Shown: positions 13,901 through 25,900 of the stretch, one piece after another
Numbering within the stretch: position 1 is the stretch's first letter
How the letters are laid out: every line of letters starts with the position of its first letter
NCBI RefSeq assembly: GCF_022045235.1
Contig: NW_027266276.1
Location: 15,500,001-15,564,000, forward strand
Length of the DNA: 64,000 nucleotides
Direction of reading: 5' to 3'
Source: Haliotis cracherodii
Lineage: Eukaryota
Program-made: the position numbers and the translations under genes
The notes under the pieces: model-generated
What the model saw: the letters and a program-made list of their open reading frames with translations, nothing else
Database searches by the model: none
Told to the model about the DNA's origin: nothing

Positions 13901-16900
13901 AGTCTTACTAAATGCATAATTTGGAACATTGAAACAAAACAAAAAAATTTTAACATCAAAAAGATTTGCTAATTCCTCTCCATTTTACCATGGTATGATT
14001 AGCTGTTAATTGCTGATACAGCATTTTGAGATATTTGTTCATTTCCTCATTCCGTGGTGTGTAATTCCTTGTATGAATTAATGTGCCAGTGGTGAAGGTC
14101 ATAGTGGCGCAGGTAGTGTAAGGCGGAGTATCCTGCAGCATGCGTGAAAACCAACATTATTACCCTGCATTCCCCCATTCACTCACTCTCCATGCTCCCC
14201 ATTCTGTGCAGAGACATCAAGGCTGGGAACATCCTGCTGGGAAGTGATGGAGCTGTGTACATTGCAGGTGGGTGCTCCGTCACATTGTACTGTCTGGCAG
14301 TGTTTTAGGGTGGAAACCAAATTGGTTCACAATGCCCAGTGGTTGTGAGATATGACTGAATTTGGCTGCTGCTGAGTATTTACAAAAGGAGTAGGTCCTT
14401 AGCAACCAATTCTTGGCGTAAAAGGTGACTATGCTTGTCGTAAGAGACTTGGTTGATGCATGTCATCGATCCGAACTGCGTGGATCGATGCTCAAGATAT
14501 CAATCACTGGATTGTGTGGTCCAGGCTCGATTATTTTCAGACTGCCGTCATATAGCTTGAATATTGCTGTGTGCGGCGTAAAGCAACAAACCAAACCAAA
14601 AAACCACAAGGAGTTATTGGCTGGTGACCAGCAACGTCAATGCCAGTCATATCAGGCTAGTACACATGTAACCAATGTTACCATGGATATGATACCATGT
14701 TTGACACACTTATATCAAAAGGAGGCAGCTCATGTTCAGTCCTATTTAGTATAGTGATAAGATATGGTTTATAGGAAGGGTATTAGAAGAGGGGTCTGTT
14801 GAAATCTGACAATAAGATTTTTGCTTCTGTTCCTGTTACTGTAAATTGATGTGTCTCCAAATTAATACAACTGCTGACCCCTAGCCAATAATGCGACTTG
14901 ACTGGCATTAAGAAAGACAATAAAATAATTGAACCAACAACTGTTCACTGTTCAGCGGTAGAAACTAACAGTTTCAGTCCACTAGTCCTTATAATGATAA
15001 CAAATAGCAAAACCCCTAAAAAGGGCAAATTTCTACTAGTACTTATGATACCTTTACTATTGGGCGGTTTGGCAAGGACTAAAGGACTAGTGCCAATTTC
15101 TAACGCTGCTGTTTGGAGTGGTCAAAGATGCCTAGTTGGACACAAATGGGTAGAACTCTTGACCCCAGCAGTGACAAACTCACAGGATGCCTATTGTGCA
15201 ATTCCAATTCTTTAATTGACATTGTTATGTACTTGTTACAACAGCTGCTCAATAAACCGTGTATGTGTTTATTTTCAAGTTGGTATTTCCGCCATCCAAA
15301 GTGGGCAGTGAGGCCGTCGTATTGTTGATAGTCATTTCGGAGAGATAAATTAGAAGTCTCATTAATGCGTACAAAGACAACTCGCATTTTTCACATTTAA
15401 TTCACACTTGTGTTAATATTAAGATTTACAGTATCTGTCTGTTCATATGTCTGGTACTGTTGTCTGTCTGTTCTTATGTCTCATTCTGTTGTCTGTCTGT
15501 TCTTATGTCTGGTGCTGTCACTAGGTGGTTTATATTGACCTATGTTTTGTGAGTGCAGATTTTGGCGTGAGTGCGTGGCTGGCTACAGGCAAGGACATGA
15601 CCAGGGATGCTGTGCGGCACACGTTTGTTGGGACGCCTTGCTGGATGGCACCCGAAGTTATGGAGCAGGTGAGCTTTCTCTCTCATTGGGGCCAGGTTTT
15701 TGGTGGCTATCTAGGACAAAACGACTGGTTTGACAGAATCAAGTATTTCCAGGCTGACATGATACAGGTGAAGTTGTGCTGACTGCAGAGTAGAACATGA
15801 TTCACTCACTCACTCACTCACTCACTCACTCACTCACTCACTCACTGTGGACTGGCTGTGCTAACTGTGGGATGTATTTCACAGGTCACAGGCTATGACT
15901 TCAAGGCAGATATCTGGAGTTTTGGTGTCACAGCAATAGAACTGGCCACGGGAACGGCTCCATACCACAAATATCCACCGATGAAGGTAAATATTGACAC
16001 AGGGTATTCTATTTTCAAGAATTATAAGCACGGCTCGATTTCCCTGTGTACTTCAACTTTCTATTATTACCAGTAACTTGGACCTGTCCAGCAAGTCACC
16101 TCCATAGCATTGTCTGCAGTCCAGTTTTTAAATGAGACGACACTTACAGGAGCCGATGAGTGAAATATCAGTTAGTGGAGATGTAATATGCTGATTAACT
16201 TACAGCTGATCTAGGATGCGTAAAACAACATTCATTCCATCATTCACTGCAGACTTCTCCATTGGAGCTTGGTTGTGTTGAGCAGGCTGAAATATGGTCA
16301 TGTCCTTTTAATCCAACATGGTTGGTTGCATATGATTATGTCGGATTAACGAGTATGTCGGATGAACGAAATTAAGTAGTATCAACGTTCGTGATAGAAA
16401 ATCTGACAACTACACGATAGATAACAATACAAACACGTTACAAAAAAAATAGAAATGAAATATTCATATTGTTATGTTACATTGATAGCAGAATATGTTT
16501 TCTAATCATGCAACTTCTAAAGCTTAACACAAAACAACTGTTACGGACTGTATGACTGTATGACGCGAGCTGTGTACTCGCAGGCAGATGACCATGGAGT
16601 ATGCTGATCACTGTGTTGGATTATCGAGACTGATTAATGAGTGATTTCAGTAATTTGTTGCAAATTAGGTGTGTCGGAGTCTAAGTGCTTGACTGATGGA
16701 TTAAAGGGTCTAAATAGCACTGATTTAATCGGTTCCTATTATTAGTGTCGGATGAAGCCGATCGTCGGATTAACAAGTGTCGGACTAACGAGACTTGACT
16801 GTATTGCTAGCTGTCTATTTATTGGCTATCTTTTTACTGCCTCCATCCCTCACCCCTCCCTCCCTCCCTCCACCCAGGTGCTGATGCTGACCCTGCAGAA

Positions 16901-19900
16901 TGACCCCCCGAGTCTGGACACCGGGGCCGATGACAAGGAGCAGTACAAGGGCTACAGTAAGGTGTTCCGGAAGATGATAAGCGACTGCCTCAAGCGAGAG
17001 CCAGAAAAAAGGTTGGTAGCCAGTTGCGAAAGCATTATAAAAGTGAAAACACTTGTAGAATATGGTTCTTTTTTCATTTAGATGCCCATCTTTACCATTG
17101 CTCTGATTCAAATCCTGTTATTTGACTTTTAGAAATCAGTTGTCACTTTAGTTGAGGCAGTATCACCAGAGGTACATTTTAAGTTGTAACGCATAAAACC
17201 CAATGTACCCCTCATGATCCTTCTACAATGAATTTAACTTACTGACATGATATAATGTGACATTGTAAAAGAAGGAACAGAAATTCAAAATTGTTAGAAA
17301 ACAACTGTTTGATTGAGCTGAGGTTGTGCTGTATCACACGACTCGGAAAAAGCGTGCTTTGAAGCGGGGTGTGAGGGATTTATTTTCTCTCAGAAATGCA
17401 TGAGCAGCCTGTACTGCTCATGGTGGGGTATAAGAGATTTGTTCCCCCGTTGAAGAATTTATTACCATCTAAGGCAGGCTTCACAGTAATTTATCACCAT
17501 CATGTGGACCAATCAGATCTCATCATTCTGACATGGAGGTATGATAAGTGGTTTTATGTGTCCCACGATAGGATTTATACCACAAGCCACAGGCTCGCCT
17601 AAAACGAAGGACGCATTAAACCACATGCACCCCGAGTGATCTGCTACAACAATTTTCGTTATCTTATCCAGCATTACTACCTTCACAATGTTTAGTGCTT
17701 CTACTGCTGTTTTTTTACTTTGGAGACGTAGCTGTGAGAGGTCTGGTCTACAGAAGTTGTTGTACCCACTAGTTGTGTATCTCCCTTCCTCCCACAGCGA
17801 CCACGTGACCAGAATAGGCCAGGTTATGTATACTCACATCACTGTTAGTCATCGGACTGAACAGAGAATAATGCTCCCCAGATAGCATCCTTTGCAAAGG
17901 ATTCATACCCTGTTGCATCAATTGTTTTGCCGCAATCTCTCCTCCATTGGCTTCGCTGTATATATCAGGGTTTTGAGAAAGCGACACACCCAACATGGCT
18001 GCAGGCATCCCCAGATTGCTGACCACAGGGACACTGTTCCGACTTCCTTCGGAGATAGCTGATCATGTTGACACCAGCCACAGAGCCAACTACAATGCAT
18101 TCATCACTATTGGAGCATGGCTCTTGCCCCACTGTCGTCTATAGCACACTCACTGCTTACGCCTCTCATGCCTCCAGGTTTGGGCTCGTTCCATACACCG
18201 TATTTGGATGCAATCCATGTACCAATCATACATGACCCAGATGGCTTCTCCGGCACCTCCAGTTTTCACAATACCTATGTTGGCACCTCCAGGTACTGGG
18301 ACTCCATTGATTTACCCCGCACCTCTGGTTTTTTAACCATCAATCAGTATACCTCCGGCCTCCAGTTACACTGCATATGCACAGGCCTTATAAACATGAC
18401 TACCTCTCATCCGTCTTTGGGACCGCCTCTGTGGTCTAGTGGTAGAGAGTCTGCCCAGAGAACGGAAGGTCCGGGGTTCGATCCCCGGCCGAGTCATACC
18501 AAAAGACATTAAAAGATGGTACTTGTTGTTACCCTGTCTGACACTCGACACTAAGGGGCTAAAACAAGGAGTGGTTGGCTTGAAGTCCGTATACTGTGTC
18601 TGAGTGGGGTATTCATGTTAAACTGGGGCTTGGAGTCTCAGTGGGCTGGCACTTTAAAATCAGCATCAGTCCGGACAAGTACAAGCAGACACGCATGCAC
18701 GCGCGCGCGCGCACGCACACACACACACACACACAATCTTGGACGCGACATTAAACCCCATTTCATCTCGCCTTACATCCGTGTCTTTGGCTCCTTCAGA
18801 GGGCGCCACTACACCTCGTCGGTCTCATACACGTGGCTCTACCTCTCCCAGGTCTTTGCATCATACTTCCGGTCTTCCCCTACATCCATTCCACTGGATC
18901 CCACGCTCACAGATTTAATGTGCGCGCTGGATGATGTGGATATTTATCCTGCATTACTACATCTAAAGTGACCTGTCATCCCTTTGCTTCCTCCCTGTGA
19001 AGTTCTTTCAGTTGTCCGTTACTAGCAGTGATGTGGTGGTGCGTGACCTGGCCACTTCCTGTCTCCAGGAAGGGAGATACACAACCAGTGGGTACAACAA
19101 CTTCTGTACCCAGACCTCTCACAGCTCTGCTCCTAAGTAAACAAAACAGCAGTAGGAGCTTTAGGTAGTAAAACAGGATAAGGATCCCAATATGAAAAAA
19201 TAATTAGATTTTACCAAATTTATCTTACCGACAGAAAAGAATTAAAACAAAGTCAAACTTGATAGAAAACACCTGTTTAATTGAGCATTTGTATGTTGGT
19301 TATAATATAAGTTGTAGAAATATCTGAAGCTGTTCGCAGCTTTTTGCTTCAAAGCAGGCTCTCCCCCAGAAATCCATATGCGGCCCGTGTTTGGTGGGTC
19401 AGGGGGTGGGGGTGGAGGGGTATTAAGGGGGATATCTTATCCTGCTGAGAATTTTTTATCTCTCCGAGGCGATATACATAGTATTTTATCAAGATCATGT
19501 GAACCAATCAGATGTCATCATTCTTACATGGAGGCATGATAAGGACTTTTCACTGAGATGGAGAATATTTATCTTGGATATGAGCAATGCCAAGTATGGC
19601 AAAAGCATGTCTGAATAGAAGTATTTTGTCCTTCAATTGTCACAGCAAAATATTTTGATGTTTACGTTTACTTTTCAGGCCCACTGCAAAGCAGTTGTTG
19701 AAACATGATTTCTTCAAGAAGGCAAAGGTAAGCTATGTGATTTGATGTTGATTCTCCATTATACCAGCCCACAGTCAAGGGCCCTAGAGTAATACAAGTC
19801 CTATGACTACACTTCGTCTATGTTAATACATCAGTAAAAAATACACAGATAGACAGGTTTTGGTTTTCAAATGTACCAAAGAGCACTTGGAAAGTGGTTC

Positions 19901-22900
19901 CTTTTGAATTTGAGACCGCCTCCATGGTCTAGCGGTAGAGCATCCGCCCGGAAACAGAAGGTGCGGGGTTCAATCCCCAGCCGCGTCATATCAAAAGACG
20001 TTTAAAGATGGTACTTGTTGTTACCCTGTCTGGCGCTCAGCATTAAGGGGCTAAAACAAGGACTGGTCGGCTCGGAGTCAGTATACTGTGTCTGAGTGGG
20101 ATATTCATATTAAACTGCAGCATGGTATCTCAGTGAGCTAGCACTATAAATCGGCATCAGTCTGGACTACAAGCAGCCATACACACACATGCATGCACGT
20201 CGCTATATAAGTGCAATAATCTTGGACCCGACGTTAAACTCAATTTCACCTCACCTCACCTTTGGAAATTGAGCATGCCAACAAGAACAACCTTTGAATT
20301 ATCTTTTTACTTGGGGATGTCATCTCACCGTGAGCAACATAGCTGATGGAATCCAGGAAGACTGTCTCCTTCCTCATCATCAACAACCTTTCCAAGTTCC
20401 CATTATAAATCAAATATGAATGTTTGTATATTCATTCTAAATGAGTGCACTGCTTACTTTTGCTAAAGTACATTTATCACTGGCTTTGTGCCCCTGAAGA
20501 TCTGAGTTAGAATTTGTCTTCAGCAACCCATGCTTGTTGTAAGAGGCGAGTATACTTTTCCTAAGAGGTAACTAACAGGATCGGGTGGTCAGGCTCGCTG
20601 ACTTGGTTGATGCATGTCATCACATCCCAGTTAGGTGGATCGATGATTATGATGTCATTTACTGGATTATCTGATCCAGACTTGATTTTTTAAAAACCAT
20701 AGTCATATTGCTTGAATATTGCTAAACTGCATACAAATAAACACTAGCTTCGTTTCATATACATTATCACAACAGACATGCTATCTGATACTGCCCTTCT
20801 GGAACCAGGAACCTTTCTTAACTGTGCATCCACGACTTTATCCATGCAATTTGCACTATAATACAAGGAATTTTGACCCCTGCAATAAAACAATTATCCA
20901 GAAAGAGATTAAACATGGGTAATTTGAGTTACCCAGTTGGGTAAAAGGAGTGGTTACCTTGGACATAGTTTTGACAATGTAGCACACTTATTAGTTGTGT
21001 CGTACATGTGACTTTTAACTTTGTGGTTACAGTGTCTTCCCTTCCAGGATATTGAGTCAGTCCTACCCGGTAGGCTCCCATGTAGGTCTGTTGAAGAAGC
21101 TTTACACATCTGTACAGACTAAAGTGACTGAGTGTGTTTCAGGACAAGGGTTACATCACAAGGGTCCTGCTGTCTGATGGGACAAATGTAAAGCCCCAGA
21201 AGGTACGTGCATGGCGAGACACGGCTTCATCTAATAGAAGTAAATAAATAGATTCATGCAATTCAGATGATAAAGACTGGAGTTTGGAATTGTCATGGGC
21301 TGGTTCTGGCTGGGAGTAACCTTAACATCATTTGAATCAAGATATCTGACCAACCCAACACTTTTGTACATGTGACATTGTGTTAAAGATATAGAATGTC
21401 TACTGTTTAGTTCAGGTTTCTACCATGTCTAATGTGTTGGTAGAACCTCTTAAGAAAGTGGATATGGCTTGTGGACTGAGTGAGTTACTTTCATAACTCC
21501 CGTGGATCAGGTGTCCGGCATGCCGCTGCAATGGTGTTATGATAGCTCATAAGTTCTTTACTGTCCTACTAGTTTCCTGTGCATTACATGAGACTATACC
21601 TAACACGACCTTATGGTACTTGTCAAGCTGACTCAGTTCTATGACAGTTATTAAACTGTCCTTGATAGTAATCCCTATGCGTGTGTAGACAGGCTGGCAG
21701 ATTGTTGTCATACTGTTGTGATAGGCAGCAAACATTATTCACTCACTCACCTTGTAGTACCGGTAATTTGTGTGTATTTTAACAGGTGAAGAGGGTGCCA
21801 GGTTCCAGTGGTCGGCTTCACCGGACACAGGATGGTCAGTGGGAGTGGTCTGACGAGGAGATGGACCAGTTGTCGGAAGAGGGACAAGCAGCTATCTCCT
21901 GTGAAAGGGTGCGTGGGTGGTACTTATGATAGATGGACTGATTATAGACTCTTCACCCTTGGCCAACCCAATGTTGTTCCTCAGCAGTTACATTATAGTT
22001 GACATCAGTATAAATTCTAGATATAGGAAATAATGCTTAAATACAGTCGAATTTGTAGAGTTTTTCCAGAGAAGCTGCTGCAAGTTGATGTTACCTTCTG
22101 ATTTGTTTCAGTCTCCCAGGATACGCAATGCTCCTGTTGAGGTAAGCAGTACCATCATCGTCCATGTAGCGTGAGGCAAAACACATACCAGTTTTAATTC
22201 CATGACGGAAATGTTCTTATGATGTGTTGACTAAATGTTTCCGGAAACTTCTCAAGGGGATTCTACAGGAGTATGTCCCTGATTGCAACATACTTGCTAA
22301 TGTCTGTCAGCTTTCTGGTGAAGAATTGGTTTTCCTGGTCTAAACTGGCTTATTTGTCGGGTGCCCTGTATGTTTGTGAGGGACATCCAACATGGGGTTA
22401 GTTGGCTACTGTGACTTCATCCTCACACTGGCAGACATACACGTATCCCGGGATCCATTCCTGTGGTTCTTGCAACATCAAATTACCTGATATTAATTAA
22501 GATTTTACCTACCAATCAAACAGCGAGATACGGAAATGGGTAGGGGAGGTAACCTGTGAAAACATCCTATCCATGAAAAACATTGTTTTAGGGTTTTCTT
22601 TTGCATGTCAAGTCAGTTTTTCAATTTTTGAATTCTTGCAAACTCTTGTTATCAATTGGACAGGCTGCCATGTTGTTATCGCCAACCCAACATTGAGCCT
22701 GGTTTGTAACTCGCATTGTGATTGGACCGTTAGACTGAGAGTCATGGCAAATCAAAATTGCCTTATGAAAATGAAAGGTGGGTAATTTGAGATTGCCCTG
22801 GAGACAGGATGCTGTGTTCTTGGAAATCTATGATCCATGATCGCAGACTCTGACCCCATCAACCCCCAGGTAACACTGTTTTTTTCTGCAGTAGTTGTCA

Positions 22901-25900
22901 TATATACTTACCATACCAGCTTCCCCGCTACATGTGTTGTTTGTTTGTGATCCCAGCCAGCCCAGTCATTCACTCCTTCACCAATGTCTTTCCCAGCTTG
23001 ATGCAGCCAACAATGTTGGAGGGACGGCGCCGGCCCAGACACCCAACTCCCTGGCCCCAGGGGGTCCAGCGTCAGAGACTGCCACATCCCCCACCCCCGG
23101 GGAGACCTCCACCACCTCGCTGCCCAGTCAGGCAGAGGCCCAAGAGCAGAAGGTGGGTAGCAGCACCATGCACATAATGGGCACTGCTTGGCGTCAGAGT
23201 TCTGCTGTAGGATTCTGTAATGCTCCCTGGGCTGTTAACGATATGAAAAGGTCCCAAGACAAATGTGTTCACACTGAACAAGAATGCAGCTTGATTATCT
23301 GAAAAGCAGAAGCTTTTTGTACTCATGGTCATGCATTGCATCCATCAACAGAAGTGTTTTTTGTTCCAGCAGGCTGTCCTGTCTCAATCTATCAACCTTG
23401 TTCTGCGGCTCAGGTAGGGAGTCATTTTGTCATCTCATTACAAGTTTCATTCAATCCTTTGTGTCATCAAGGTCTGGAGCCGCTTTTAGTTTTGGCAGGG
23501 AATGGACTTCACACATTGTATCCTGCATCGTCGGTAATCTGACTTGAGCAGTAGCTGAAGTGTTCACTTTCTTCAGCTGACAGTCGCTACTTGGTGTTCA
23601 CTTGTATGAAAATTGCTCTAATCTGAGTGATAGATTCGCATGAATAAGTACAGAAGACATTCAATAATTGACTGAATGTGGTCTTGTTTAAATGTGAATA
23701 TGATTCAGCCTTAGGAAAGTAATTTATGGATGTCAACTTCTTCATTATGAGGAACATGTTTTGAAGTATATACTTACTCCATCATCTGGTGAAAATATTT
23801 CAGCCCATTTCTCAATTTATGGGTTTGATTAACAACAATCTTTCAAATTCCATGAAGTCCATCTGAAAATATGTTACATCCTCTGCCACCTCAGCCTTCT
23901 CACTACTTTCCTTTAGCGATACTTTGAGCATGTGAGAAGCTTCTCCAGATCATCATCATGGGCTGGGGAGGCATTGGATTTGTTTCTTGTGGCTTCCAAC
24001 AAAGGGCTAAACATCTTGGATCTGCATAGTTTGACATACTGTTCAAAGCGGTATTAACCATCACGTCTCACATACCCCTATATTCCTAACCAAAGACTCT
24101 GTAACAGTATTGTTGACCACACGGACCAAAGACTTTGTAACAGTATTGTTGACCACACTGACCAAAGACTTTGTAACAGTATTGTTGACCACACTGACCA
24201 AAGACTTTGTAACAGTATTGTTGACCACACTGACCAAAGACTTTGTAACAGTATTGTTGTCCAGACTGACCAAAGACTTTGTAACAGTATTGTTGACCAC
24301 ACTGACCAAAGACTTTGTAACAGTATTGTTGACCACACTGACAAAAGACTTTGTAACAGTATTGTTGTCCAGACTGACCAAAGACTTTGTAACAGTATTG
24401 TTGTCCAGACTGACCAAAGACTTTGTAACAGTATTGTTGACCACACTGACCAAAGACTTTGTAACAGTATTGTTGTCCAGACTGACCAAAGACTTTGTAA
24501 CAGTATTGTTGTCCATACTGACCAAAGACTTTGTAACAGTATTGTTGACCACACTGACCAAAGACTTTGTAACAGTATTGTTGTCCATACTGACCAAAGA
24601 CTTTGTAACAGTATTGTTGACCACACTGACCAAAGACTTTGTAACAGTATTGTTGTCCAGACTGACCAAAGACTTTGTAACAGTATTGTTGACCACACTG
24701 ACCAAAGACTTTGTAACAGTATTGTTGACCACACTGACCAAAGACTTTGTAACAGTATTGTTGACCACACTGACCAAAGACTTTGTAACAGTATTGTTGA
24801 CCACACTGACCAAAGACTTTGTAACAGTATTGTTGTCCAGACTGACCAAAGACTTTGTAACAGTATTGTTGACCACACTGACCAAAGACTTTGTAACAGT
24901 ATTGTTGACCACACTGACCAAAGACTTTGTAACAGTATTGTTGTCCAGACTGACCAATTTTTGATTCCTCCTTCTCCACCAGGAATGACAAGAAGGAGCT
25001 GAATGACATCAAGTTTGACTTCACCCCAGGCCAAGGTAGGTTCACAGCTTCACACAAGCCATACATTAGTGTTAGTTTGTGGATATAAATATTACCTTCA
25101 GCTTTTGCAATAAGAGGGATATGCAATATCATGATTTGAAACCTCTGATTGACCGAAAAGAATATTTTCCAAATTTATAGTAGAACACTTTTCATGTTAT
25201 GTTCATGGATTATGATTTGAATATTTTGCATAGTAATTATGCCAGATACCATGTAGCAGGTTCAACCAAATACATGCTTATTGTTTAGCACTAACCCCAG
25301 TTTCTACATGCATGCAGAGGGTAAAAGAATGTTTCCATGTCAAGGTTCCTTGAAGTTCCTTTGCAGATACCTGTATTTCCCTTATCTTGACTACAGATGA
25401 GGACAAGTTGGCCCGTTTCTGCAACTTCATGTACATGCTCAGTTGTAAAACTTTTGGTTTACAGACACCTCAGACAGTGTTTCAAGGGAACTGGTTGAGG
25501 CAGGACTTGTGAATGGCAAGGACATGATAGTGGGTGAGTGTCTACAGCATGTTAGTAACGCTGCTCTTTACTTATCCTTTGTACCCGGTGGGCTGGTCAG
25601 ACAGGTCCCAACCAGGATTTCTGAGTGGTCAGACAGGTCCTAGCCAGGATTACTGAGTGGTCAGACAGGTCCAAGCCAGGATCACTGAGTGATCAGACAG
25701 GTCCCAACCAGGATTACTGAGTGGTCAGACAGGTCCCAACCAGGATTACTGAGTGGTCAGACAGGTCCAAGCCAGGATCACTGAGTGATCAGACAGGTCC
25801 CAACCAGGATTACTGAGTGGTCAGACAGGTCCCAACCAGGATTACTGAGTGGTCAGACAGGTCCCAACCAGGATTACTGAGTGGTCAGACAGGTCCCATC

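Noticed and set aside
22847-22869. Possible micro-exon (GCAG...CCCAG/GTAAC) in kinase intron 12
   Set aside because: 23 nt would shift the frame, the pyrimidine tract is poor, and exons 12 and 13 already join in phase
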